This document shows positions 48,701 through 58,100 of a DNA stretch of 64,000 nucleotides, piece after piece (position 1 is the stretch's first letter; each line of letters opens with the position of its first letter). The translations under genes and the position numbers were made by a program. Origin of the DNA: a virus (Duplodnaviria; Caudoviricetes); the IMG/VR virus record IMGVR_UViG_3300032030_002018; one strand, 5' to 3'. The notes under the pieces were generated by a model. That model was given only the letters and a program-made list of their open reading frames with translations, made no database searches and was not told where the DNA came from.

Positions 48701-50174
48701 CAAACTTATCAGTTACACCCATTACGGCATCCATTGATGTTTTTAACTCCTGAGTCTTTAAAACCATACGAGTTAATCCATCAACACCATTCCTAAAGTT
48801 ATATTTGTTAAGTTTATCAAGATTTTTTGCAATAGCCTCAGTTGATTTACCAGCGTGTAAACCTAATGCCTTGGCACGCTGCTGTGCCATAAACATTATA
48901 TCGCCAGTATCAGTTATTGAAACTCCAACCTTATCAAGACCAACGAGCATATTATTGACGGTTTCTTTGCCAAACATCTTTGACATCGCCGTCATATACT
49001 CGACATTCTCATCAGTGAAATACGCAGCCCTTTCTGTGGCTTCCATATAAGACTGCTTCATATCTTGTATGGCTTCGTTTGTCGTGCCATAAACACCAGC
49101 AAGTTCCTTTGTATTAACTAACTGTTGAGATGTCAGATTTTTAGCTTGTTCCGCTGACATTCCAGCGGTTCTTGCCATTTTGTATATTTTATCTTCTGTT
49201 TTTTCCCAATAAGAATAAGTGTTCTTTAACCATCTCCAAGCGTCACGAAGAGCATAAACTATTTCGTCATACTTTTTGCCAGCAGCGTAAACTTTGTCTT
49301 TGATTTTTTCTTCTAAAACAAGTTGTTCCTTGGTTTTATCTACAATTTCTTGTTTGTTTTGTAATACTGCGTCTAATTGATTTGTTGTGTCGGTTAATGC
49401 TGTCTCTCCTCCTAATTTATTAAACTCGTCACCAAGTTTTTTTGCTGCTTCTTTAGCTGTAGTAGTATTTTGAACTGTAACTCCAACCTTATCACCCCAA
49501 TTTTTAATTAATTCTTCACTTCTTGAAATTTCTTCTGAAAGTTTGTTATGCTGTTCTTCAAGTTCTTTTTTTCTATCTGCTAACGCATCTACTTTTTCTT
49601 TTAAAATGCCTTCTTGTATTAATAAATTGTTTCTTTCTTTTTCTAAATCACCAGTATATCCTCTGTTACTTTTTTTCGTGTCTATTTCTTGTCGGAGCCT
49701 TTCTATTTCTTCACGATATTTCTCTAATTCGTCATTTTTTGATTTTATTTCGTCAGAAATTGATTTTTCTTTATTCTCAATACCTCTTAGATTCCATCTT
49801 CTTGAAATATTGTTTCTATATTCATTTATAACGTTATCTCTTCCTGTTTTATATGTTTCAAGTTCTTCTTTTTTTTCCTTTAATGACGCAATATCGGCTT
49901 CTGCTTGTTTTAATTTTTCAAGCAAATCACGTAGTTGTTTGTTTACCTTAGTTAACTCATATATATCACCTTCTTCTCTGTCGTTTTGTTTTTCGTATTG
50001 CTTCAAAAAATCAGCCACATTATTGAAATGTGTTGTAGTATTTTTAAGTGAGTCCTTAACATCTTCAAGCATATCTTTAAATGCTTTTAACTCTTTTTCT
50101 GAAAAGATGCCGTTACGCTGTCCTCTCTTCAAATACTCCTCTAATAATATTATGTCTTCTGAACGTGTTATCAT
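45705..50174 (-). CDS. Tail tape measure protein
   Basis: 1489 aa, long coiled coil, Ala/Gly-rich TM-like segments, GDKV...NSGEMILN motif; downstream of chaperone-like genes. Confidence 0.8.
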   Translation of the reverse strand: MITRSEDIILLEEYLKRGQRNGIFSEKELKAFKDMLEDVKDSLKNTTTHFNNVADFLKQYEKQNDREEGDIYELTKVNKQLRDLLEKLKQAEADIASLKEKKEELETYKTGRDNVINEYRNNISRRWNLRGIENKEKSISDEIKSKNDELEKYREEIERLRQEIDTKKSNRGYTGDLEKERNNLLIQEGILKEKVDALADRKKELEEQHNKLSEEISRSEELIKNWGDKVGVTVQNTTTAKEAAKKLGDEFNKLGGETALTDTTNQLDAVLQNKQEIVDKTKEQLVLEEKIKDKVYAAGKKYDEIVYALRDAWRWLKNTYSYWEKTEDKIYKMARTAGMSAEQAKNLTSQQLVNTKELAGVYGTTNEAIQDMKQSYMEATERAAYFTDENVEYMTAMSKMFGKETVNNMLVGLDKVGVSITDTGDIMFMAQQRAKALGLHAGKSTEAIAKNLDKLNKYNFRNGVDGLTRMVLKTQELKTSMDAVMGVTDKFDTIEDSLKNAAGLQMLGGGFASVASNPMGMMYKAWSDPEALFDDVVKAVGGLATMDKNTGEMKINPVDMHRIKAAADAMGISAQELTNIAKQESRRKIIDAELSKRNQLSKDKDKRAIEEAYIKNKSYFDSETKQNVINIIKENGEIEKKAITAVTAEEIAQNQALDINEENAFKDIRAIREHLTGPISDQLKEQAKKTASAAELKDGFIDGVKAASADWLSTPFQWFKNLILKPLGSLVSTLPSWVIGIASLGTAVVGPMIGRKLFGHNGAIRKSFARNYAKGGWTYKASQKLNPKNWFKGKATSTQAPSAGGSSASSAGGSSASSAGGSTVSSAGGSSASSTGTAKPRTRNIRVRKGNGGTGMTVRYRRPTPARGRVTPPGSSGFKFKGGGGKGMIAMAALMIGSQLLSSKQSQEEKPTSNISSANTNVSEGECSICELVKLAIERNELLSALAGVRRTEEKQEEIQEEEESIASKAGNTVMTAAYLAGEKTTASVTSKAVSSIAGKTVGQMAGKVAGTVLKGAMKGSLYSMAGDLLNQGLVAGGVIEEGGHINKLLNIGTRAAEWGAYGSVIPGVGTTIGATAGAIYEALNQYRDSDVVNYILGKRTSKEERAALKQQSDFETGKIGYTDITDPALMEKAAMATIGIHDLLITKWNREEGKRDDGTEKGMIEEYVDNMSNNFEKIPIVGKPIADANKWVYDKISNFFGEENGGIIPEKAEKGLLVSKGGSDTIEGMMENTASSVMSSIGAMIPGDSYTGDKVHVMANSGEMILNKAEQKSLFELLKSGGKSGMLGVAGLISSSLFGKKEGGNVKNPISSILDSVGNFVFGDNNVEDKDSILSKILFAVNKIAGIETPNANGMVSDTIKETNESKFNEIIVRKLNNDNISSLYTETVKPSEPIGSVPSNVSQYRETMIYGGGNTTVSDINVNISGTIRLEGANGGVGIDFNELMNNAEFRRQIVEMVKERLNTQGTGGKMNKESMSYNTSMMYNRT
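47673..47773. repeat. 24-bp coding tandem repeat (4 copies; AGGSSASS) in tape measure gene
   Basis: Unit tgatgatgctgatgaaccacctgc at 47673, 47697, 47721, 47745. Confidence 0.9.
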
Positions 50175-50236
50175 ATAATTTAAACAAAGATTTTCTCAAT
50201 AAATATTTATAATTAAACTTTTTTAACATCTATTAT

Positions 50237-50267
50237 TTTGTACATTAAAATGAATTGCGTACATTTG
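50237..50267 (+). promoter_or_regulatory. Bacteroidetes sigma-A promoter (TTTG-N19-TACATTTG)
   Basis: Consensus match upstream of the small 50293 ORF. Confidence 0.68.
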
Positions 50268-50292
50268 CATTGAATAAAAAAAGAATGATATA

Positions 50293-50451
50293 ATGAATGG
50301 ATATTTTTATAAAGAAAAAGACGGTTCTTATACCGTAATGGATTGGGACAACCCAAAACCAGTACAATCTTGGTCGGTAACATTAACAGTTTACATCGTA
50401 ATAGTTCTAATAATTTCTCTATTAAACCTTATAGGGTATTTAATTGGATAA
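50293..50451 (+). CDS. Small single-pass membrane protein (52 aa, not in ORF track)
   Basis: MNGYFYKEKDGSYTVMDWDNPKPVQSWSVTLTVYIVIVLIISLLNLIGYLIG; flanked by promoter and terminator. Confidence 0.62.
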   Translation: MNGYFYKEKDGSYTVMDWDNPKPVQSWSVTLTVYIVIVLIISLLNLIGYLIG

Positions 50452-50458
50452 AAACAAA

Positions 50459-50484
50459 AAAATGCAGCCATTTGGCTGCATTTT
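50459..50484. terminator. Bidirectional terminator
   Basis: aaaatgcagcca-tt-tggctgcatttt perfect inverted repeat between convergent ORFs. Confidence 0.8.
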
Positions 50485-50776
50485 ACCTATTTTTACTATT
50501 CTCAATTTTTTGTTGTTCAATATCAGTATAAGCATTTATTGCCTCACCATTTATACTGTTATTGGTATGATATTTCGCGTTTTCCCTCTCTGTGTATTCA
50601 TTGTGTTTCAATATGTAGAACTTTCTATCCCTAACAGGCATTTTGTCAAGGATATCTATCGGTATCCCTATATACTTGAAACATCCGAATAGTTCATCCT
50701 TAAGTATTCTCTCATAATTGGGAGATATTGAGGAAAACAGAATCGTCCCATTCAAGAAAGGTCTTGAACGAACCAC
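50483..50776 (-). CDS. Tail/baseplate assembly chaperone, second part (gp51-like); start uncertain
   Basis: ELFGCFKYIGIPIDILDKMPVRDRKFY resembles the ..MP..ER.. chaperone motif; lies between gp26-like gene and TMP. Confidence 0.6.
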   Translation of the reverse strand: MVRSRPFLNGTILFSSISPNYERILKDELFGCFKYIGIPIDILDKMPVRDRKFYILKHNEYTERENAKYHTNNSINGEAINAYTDIEQQKIENSKNR

Positions 50777-52001
50777 CTCCCAGATTCTCAGGTCTCTTAA
50801 CCTCTACTTCAAAGTCCAAACCAGGCTCATTCTGTATAATAAACCTCCTTAATGCCAATGACTCATACGCAGGCATATTCATAATTGCCTTCCTGATGTA
50901 TTCCCTGTCATAATTACCATTAATCGCAACAATCTGCATCTCCATCCTGTTCGTAACAGACTTATTGAATGTGTTCTTATTCGCATTCCTTATTCCTTCA
51001 GCCCACCTGTCAATGAGTTTCGTGGTTTCAGCCAAAGACGCTCTCTCATTTGGAAGAAGAACGCCATCTGCTGTTTCCAATGCAGTCTTAATGGTCTTGT
51101 TCGCACTATCAATCGTGTTAGCCTTAATACCCTCATCTTCCATCTTGTTGAGCAAATCAAGGTCTCTCTCTTCCTTTCTCGTCAAATACTTAAACTTAAC
51201 CTCCACATTCGACCTTGGCAATACAAATGAGAAATGACCATTCTCATCAGCCTTCAAATTAAACGGTTTAGCCTTGATTGTACTTAAATCAACAGTTGAC
51301 TCAATATTGACACCAGACTCAGGGTCTCTTACAATGATTGGGAAATCAACACCATAGCTTGTTGCTCTGAGGAACAATACAATTGCGTCAGCATCACCAC
51401 TAACAAGATTGTCAGGGTTAATGTCCTTGTTTAAAATCTTATTTCTCAACAGGAAGTCAATAACCATTCCATCCCTGTACAAATTTGGAGAAGTGATGAA
51501 GTTCTCGTCATAAGCAGTAAGGAAACCTACAGGAACTCTGTCAATCTTGTTCTCATAACACTCACCATTACTTGGAAGCGGAACAATGTCATACTGAGCA
51601 TTCGAATCAACATTGTTGTAATATGTAGAAGTATCCACATTGTTATGATTAGTAGGCTCAATAGGCTCATTAACAACAGTTTTCTCAATTGGTTGAGCCT
51701 TCACGTTGTTTTTCTCCCTGTCAAGTATGTCAAATATAGATTCACCATATCCTTCATTTTTAACATTCTCATTATCAGTGATTTCATCATCTGATATTTC
51801 CATAGAGGGTATATCAATTCCTTTATTCAACAGTTTTATTTGTTCTGAAACCTCTTTCTGTGCATTTTCAAGACGTGTTACAGTATCAGTCTTTCCACGC
51901 ATTCTTGCTTCTTCCTTGGTTCTCTCATACATCTCATTGCTTGCTCTAAGCAACTTTATCTCTTTTTCTTGCTCTTCTGTTAATTTCTTTTTCTTTGCCA
52001 T
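50712..52001 (-). CDS. Baseplate hub assembly chaperone, T4 gp26-like
   Basis: VPLPSNG..Y, LTAYDE, LVSGDADAIVLFLRATSYG, LPRS motifs; likely start MAKKKK at 52001. Confidence 0.75.
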   Translation of the reverse strand: MAKKKKLTEEQEKEIKLLRASNEMYERTKEEARMRGKTDTVTRLENAQKEVSEQIKLLNKGIDIPSMEISDDEITDNENVKNEGYGESIFDILDREKNNVKAQPIEKTVVNEPIEPTNHNNVDTSTYYNNVDSNAQYDIVPLPSNGECYENKIDRVPVGFLTAYDENFITSPNLYRDGMVIDFLLRNKILNKDINPDNLVSGDADAIVLFLRATSYGVDFPIIVRDPESGVNIESTVDLSTIKAKPFNLKADENGHFSFVLPRSNVEVKFKYLTRKEERDLDLLNKMEDEGIKANTIDSANKTIKTALETADGVLLPNERASLAETTKLIDRWAEGIRNANKNTFNKSVTNRMEMQIVAINGNYDREYIRKAIMNMPAYESLALRRFIIQNEPGLDFEVEVKRPENLGGGSFKTFLEWDDSVFLNISQL

Positions 52002-52017
52002 TGTATTTATTGTTCTT

Positions 52018-52599
52018 TTATTCCAGGTTATCAACAAGTTCTATATTTCCGATATATAAATAATAGCAACATATATTCTTTTTGTTTAATATAAGACAAT
52101 TATTCAATTTGAAATACTTTGTTTCATCAGCTTTGTTTTTCAGTGATATAAAGAAATCAGCAATACCTCCGAATGAATAATTCAATTCACTCTTAATTGA
52201 TTTATCAGCCACATTCTTCTCAAATTCATTATACTTGCGACTTGACTCATTCCACGCTCCAATCCACTCAAAGAACTCATCATCAGCATTGTCAACATCA
52301 AAAATGAAACTGATTGTTGAAGACTGTCCTTTAGCCCACAAATCAAAGAACTTGTCAATGTCACAATCTATCTGTATTGGACATTCAGCATAAGAATCAC
52401 TGCCAAAAGAATCTGATTTCTGTATTTCGTTATCATCTATCGCAGAACACATCTTGACATCATTTCCCATAACGTCAACATTGCATTCGTTTGATAATTT
52501 ATTGAAATAATCATCATTATCCTTATAAAAATCGCTGTTTAAATCAAAAACGCTATCATCCTCGTCAAAATACTTGACATATGCAATCGCTCCAATCAT
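52018..52599 (-). CDS. Hypothetical acidic protein
   Basis: 193-aa ORF coupled to the upstream gene. Confidence 0.55.
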   Translation of the reverse strand: MIGAIAYVKYFDEDDSVFDLNSDFYKDNDDYFNKLSNECNVDVMGNDVKMCSAIDDNEIQKSDSFGSDSYAECPIQIDCDIDKFFDLWAKGQSSTISFIFDVDNADDEFFEWIGAWNESSRKYNEFEKNVADKSIKSELNYSFGGIADFFISLKNKADETKYFKLNNCLILNKKNICCYYLYIGNIELVDNLE

Positions 52600-53087
52600 A
52601 AAATATTATTGTGTCTTTTCCTATTATTTTCAATTATATCACTTTTTTTGTTCTCTTTCCTGAATATATTCTTCAATTCATTTAAAACCATTGATGGTTT
52701 GTTTCTTATGTCTATTTCCCATATCCTGTATATCGGTATTCCGTGCATCAATGCCCACTTGTCCTTTATCTTGTCAACCATTTTGTTATGCTTCTGCATA
52801 GGATTCATATCTCCCTCTTTGATTAGCCTTGGGTCACTGTGATAATAAGAACCATCTATCTCAATCAATATTGGGGAACCAGTATCAGTATATGCACAGA
52901 AATCATAAAACCTACCAATATCTTTAGCCTCAAACTGTCTGTCGTACTTAATCCCAATCTTATCAAGAAAATTTAAAGCGAAATCATCCTCCAATTTACT
53001 TGTGCCTATTTTCTTGACTACTTTCTTTACATTTTTCTTTCTTCTTATTTGCTTTTTTATCACTTTATTCTTTACAGGCTGTTTCAT
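52596..53087 (-). CDS. Vsr-like / DUF559 endonuclease
   Basis: SKLE..QF..FYDF..LIEIDGSYYH..D..K..IYRIWE. Confidence 0.8.
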   Translation of the reverse strand: MKQPVKNKVIKKQIRRKKNVKKVVKKIGTSKLEDDFALNFLDKIGIKYDRQFEAKDIGRFYDFCAYTDTGSPILIEIDGSYYHSDPRLIKEGDMNPMQKHNKMVDKIKDKWALMHGIPIYRIWEIDIRNKPSMVLNELKNIFRKENKKSDIIENNRKRHNNIL

Positions 53088-53306
53088 CTCTTATACCGGT
53101 AGAAGACTATATTTATATATTAATAGTATAATTATTATTTTTTATATTATTCTAGATAATATTAATAAAAAAGAACTATTTTACCGGATATATTCTAGAT
53201 AATATTATGTAATATATTATACGTTTAAAAAATACAAAAAATAATTGAAAAATCAATAAAAATACAAAAAAAGGATGATTTTTTCTTTAATCATCCTTTT
53301 AATTCA

Positions 53307-54461
53307 TTATCTAACCATAATTTGATTAAGTGGTTTCAAATCAAGAATCTTCTTCAAAGAATCTGTCAAATCAGCCTGGTTCTTCATTAAATTCCAAGGC
53401 AGCATCCTATCAAGTCTTTCCTTTAACTCTGTAAACACTCTCTCTTTCTCGCTCTTACCTTGGTCAAGCAACATATTGTAATCCATCTGCATCTCAGCTT
53501 CAGGTATCTTCACAGCACCACTATATGTACCTCTGATTATGCCAAGTGTAATCATCGCCTCTGCAACAAGTAACTGTCTGATAGTCTGCTGTGTAGGCTC
53601 ATTCATTAATTCATACCTCATTTTGTTCAATGGTATCTGGTCTGGTGTAATCAACACATCATCCTTATTCTCAATCATACACTGTGTAATACCATCAGCA
53701 TCAGCACCTTCAACGTCATAGTAAGTGTACCATACATAACAGTTATGATACTTGTTCCATCCCCAAGTATCATCAGCCGCTACACCTCCAACCATATTTG
53801 GAGAACCAGGAGTTGAAAGTAAATGAATTAAATGTGTTCCATTAGGTCCGGCTGTTACCTGATATGCCAAGTCACCTCTCAACAATGAATTCTTGTATTT
53901 AAGGTCAGCAGCCATTAATGAAGTATCATAAGCTGAACCAACATAGAAACCTGTTATACCCATACCGTTACCCATATTTCCATATTGTCCAAATCCACCA
54001 GCTATACCTGTGTCAAGAGTACCTAAATTACCATATAACGCAGCTTTGGTTGTTGAAGGAGTTACATATAAAACCTTGTTTATTTCCCTACCGGCTGGTA
54101 TTACATACACTTGTTTACCTCTCTCTACCTTGAAAAAGTCTTTTTTTAACTCATAACTACCTCTTTGCTGTAATCCAACTTCCCTACTGAACCAATAAGA
54201 GAAATCCCTTGACCAATTCATTGTCCTTGTTGTCAAAGCATACGCCAATTCATCTGGATTCTGCATATATAAGTTTTTACCATATAAATTGAGCCATTGA
54301 GATTCAATAACCCAATTCTGAACCTTTTCAGCATAATCTCCAACAGCAACACTTAATAAATCACACAATTGGTCATCTTCAAGTTGTACAACACGTATAG
54401 GTGCGCCAAGCTTTGTCCTTACTATTTTGAATAAATCCTTTAATTCCTGAGTTATTTGCAT
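53307..54461 (-). CDS. Neck protein, T4 gp13-like
   Basis: KLGAPIRVVQLEDDQL N-terminus; LGIIRGTYSG C-terminal motif. Confidence 0.72.
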   Translation of the reverse strand: MQITQELKDLFKIVRTKLGAPIRVVQLEDDQLCDLLSVAVGDYAEKVQNWVIESQWLNLYGKNLYMQNPDELAYALTTRTMNWSRDFSYWFSREVGLQQRGSYELKKDFFKVERGKQVYVIPAGREINKVLYVTPSTTKAALYGNLGTLDTGIAGGFGQYGNMGNGMGITGFYVGSAYDTSLMAADLKYKNSLLRGDLAYQVTAGPNGTHLIHLLSTPGSPNMVGGVAADDTWGWNKYHNCYVWYTYYDVEGADADGITQCMIENKDDVLITPDQIPLNKMRYELMNEPTQQTIRQLLVAEAMITLGIIRGTYSGAVKIPEAEMQMDYNMLLDQGKSEKERVFTELKERLDRMLPWNLMKNQADLTDSLKKILDLKPLNQIMVR

Positions 54462-54502
54462 TTTACAAAATGATTTTTTCTTAAAATAAATATCGGAATT
54501 AT

Positions 54503-54534
54503 TTTGTTTTTTTCCGGAAAAATATGTATATTTG
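54503..54534 (+). promoter_or_regulatory. Bacteroidetes sigma-A promoter (TTTG-N20-TATATTTG)
   Basis: Consensus match upstream of the 54562 ORF. Confidence 0.7.
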
Positions 54535-54561
54535 CATTGTATTTAAAAAATGTTATGAAAA

Positions 54562-55113
54562 ATGGATATTGAGAAGAATTATGAAATTTACATTGAGAAG
54601 TTAAAGAAATTAGGTATTGACACTGAAGTTCTTGATTATAGTTTTGGTGATATTATAAAGAAAGCCACTTTTTCACCAACAACAGATTCAGGTATGTGTG
54701 GTGAAGGTTCATTAATTGAAGTTGTTCTTAAAATACTAACTCCATATGCTGTTAGATTGAATGAATTATTACCTGAAAACATTAGGGTTGACAAGAATGA
54801 ATTGGTTAAGATTTGTCTTTTACACCAAATAGCAAAGGCTAAAAGACTAATACCGAATGATAACCAATGGGAAATTGAAAAACGTGGAATGGTGTTCAAA
54901 TACGACGCATCACAACCTTCAATTAGAACAGGGTTACACTCACTGATGATGTGTATAAACTGCGGTATTACGTTCACACCTGAAGAGGCTGAAGCAATGA
55001 CAGTAAACGACCGGGATTTGACTGATATGCAAAGTAGATATCATAGTAGCATACTTGCTTCGATAGTCAGACAAGCAAACGAAATGACATATATGCAATT
55101 AAACGCAAAATAA
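54562..55113 (+). CDS. HD-domain-like protein with degenerate metal ligands
   Basis: GSLIEV..., ICLLHQIAK in place of LLHD.GK, helical HD-like layout. Confidence 0.5.
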   Translation: MDIEKNYEIYIEKLKKLGIDTEVLDYSFGDIIKKATFSPTTDSGMCGEGSLIEVVLKILTPYAVRLNELLPENIRVDKNELVKICLLHQIAKAKRLIPNDNQWEIEKRGMVFKYDASQPSIRTGLHSLMMCINCGITFTPEEAEAMTVNDRDLTDMQSRYHSSILASIVRQANEMTYMQLNAK

Positions 55114-55165
55114 AAAATGGGTGACTACAATTAGTCACCCATCATCTGTATATTATCAAACCTAT

Positions 55166-58100
55166 TTACTGTTGGTCAAAAAACAATCCCTCAGGCGTGA
55201 GGACGAAATCAATTGTCACATATTCAAGAGCGTTATATGGCTTGAAGAATATCTTAGCTGGCAATTCCCTTCTATCTCTTGCCTCGATTGTGTCATCCAC
55301 CTCAATCTTGTAATCAGAGATACCTCTGTTACTTCTGATGTTGTCAAGTATTGGTGTCACAGCTGTCAAGAACTGATTCTTTGTTACACTGTCATTAGGT
55401 TCGAAGATTAGACTCCTACAAGCAATTGCAACAAGTTTTCTCATTCTGAGGAGAAGACGTCTAACTGCAATTCTATTCAACTGTGTATCAGCGAATTGAA
55501 GGTTCTTCTGTCCCCAAATCTTAACACCGTCAGTTGCAAATGTCTTAACAGGGTTGATTCTTCCTTCATAAAGAACATCTTCGTCTGCAAGACGTGTGAT
55601 ATATTTTGCTCTAACACATTCTACATCACCTCTTGAAAGACCTGCTGGTGCGAACCAAGGATAAGTTGTATTATCTGTTTGAGCGAAGTTTCTAACAGCG
55701 TCCTTTGTTACTGGTAGATAGATGTATTGACTGTTGTCAACATCGAAATACTTAACCCAAGGATAATAAGTACAAGTGTAATTTGAATTAAGTTCAGAAT
55801 CCTCAAGGTTGTATACTGCATCTTCTGCTGTAAACATATCATCAACAAAGTCTTCTGCTCCACTTGGTTTATCAGGTGTTGTAACAACATAGATGGAGTC
55901 TGCACGTTCGTTTTCAACCATATCTATAACTTCTTCTACAAGGAGTTTGTTGTTTACATAATCAATACCTGGTGTTGCAAGTATATTGATATCTGTTGCC
56001 TCAGGATTAGCGAATTGTCTGATTGCTGAAAGATATGCATACCAGTCAGAAGTGATACCATTCTGATTCAAACCAAGAACGTCTGGGTTCTTTATCTTAT
56101 TGAATGAATAACCTTCGCCACTTGCCTTGTTGTAAGAACCTCTATACTTTGACATCTTAAAGTCGTCAGTGTTACTCCTCTGATTCCTGTATACATCCCA
56201 TCCGTCAAATCCACCATAGAAGTAAACGGTGAACTTTCTGAGGTTAACATACTCATAAATGCTACCTTGCATCATTGCCTCATTACCAATTACTGGTATT
56301 TCAGTAAGCAATGTTGTAGTGTTGTTTGGAGAAACAGCGTCAAACTTATATCCAAGAACGCCGTCAACAGATACTGTTGGATATTTCTTATCTTGTTTAT
56401 CATTCTTATATCCACTTATATTCAGTCTTGAATCAAGGTGGAAACCATTTGAAGTATTCTCAGGTACATCAATGTAAGTGAGATTTCCATTGAAAGTAAA
56501 CAAGTCAATGTCAACACCAGTTATATCTGAAAGACCGAAATACTGTTTTCTGTTCTTGATTTCGTCATCAAAATTAAGGTTGTATTTGATTATTGGGTTG
56601 GTGATACCTGAATAAGAATCGTCAACAACCTGCAAACCATCGTACTGATGTATTGGATAACCAAGGAAACCAGCTGGTATTGAACTTTCAGTAACACCAT
56701 TCTCATTAACCTCTACTGTAATATACTTAGACTTGCTCTCATACATACCATCATAAGAACCAATCTTGAATGCGATATAATTGTTAGTTCCTGGCACAAG
56801 AGAACACTTTGAGAATTTCTCCAATGGGATGATATTGAAATCAATGTCATCAATTCTTCTCACAACAACATCGAACAATCCTTCATCTGGTAATATGTTC
56901 TCAATTGATATCTTGATTTCCTTATTAGCGTTATCGCCATCAGATATTGTGTGGAATCTGAACAACTTGTTAAGTTCAATCTTATCGAAGTCTCCTTTCA
57001 AGTTTGAAACAATCCAAGGTGTAGACGCATAACGATATGCTGACTTATAATTATTCAGGTTACAGTTAACAAAACCAATAACATAATCGTCTGGTAATGA
57101 TGGCTCTTCTACTATTGGAACAAGTCTATAATACAGTCCATCAGACTCATTCTTTACGATAACCATTTGGTTGTAAGGGTCTTTAGTTTCCCAATAGTTT
57201 TTACCATATTGCAAATGGTCAATAAGTGTTATAGGACAAGCTGAAACTGGGGTTGGGAGACCATCTTTATAATATCTATAAAAATACTCTCTTTTACCGT
57301 CTTCTGTTGTATATTGAACAACTGTATATATTTGTCCAATCTCAACACTTTCAACAACCAATTCTTTTGTTTCACCAGATGTTACAGGGGTGTTAGTTTC
57401 GTAATTGTATGGATGACAAGTAAACTTAATGCCATCCTTTATACTATCCTCTGTTGCAAGGAATCTCTGTCCGATATTCCTTCTTGAAAGTGCTGTCTCA
57501 GGTTCAGTCATAAGTCCTGTGATTGGTTCAAGTCCACAATAATCGCTTTCATAGTAAACCTGATAGAAAGTCAGTTCTGGATTAATCGCATTAACGTGTG
57601 TTGTTCCGCTATTTGCAATGCATTGATATAAAGCAACATCATAAAGTTTCTCAACATAAACAGGAGCATCACCATCCTGTGGGTTAGTACCAAGAACATT
57701 CAAAATAAAGTCCTTATCATTAGGATTAAGGGATACTGGATACTCAAAATAACCCGGAAGATTTTTAAAATCTTCTGATGTAGGGTCGGTACAAGCTGAT
57801 TGTATTCCTGTTACACCAATAACCTTAAACTTACCCCAATTGTTAATACTAACATTAAAATCACCTTCTTCGTTAACAAATGAAGCGTCTTCACACTCAT
57901 TACCTGTTGAGTAAAGTGGGTTATATGGTGCTAATGCCAACGCCCCACCGTTATACATCTTTGGTTTTTGACAAGCATCATCTCCCTGTTTTACCTCACC
58001 AACATCATATACAAGACTATCGTAAACATCGTTAGGACATTCACAACTACCGTCATTCAAAGTGAATTTCCTATATGGATAGTACTTGCCTCTTGAACGT

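Noticed and set aside
954-51237. Numerous plus-strand ORFs in the track antisense to long minus-strand genes (e.g. 46030-46752, 49543-50178, 33484-34038)
   Set aside because: Shadow ORFs fully overlapping well-supported genes, with Ser/Leu/Phe-rich antisense composition.
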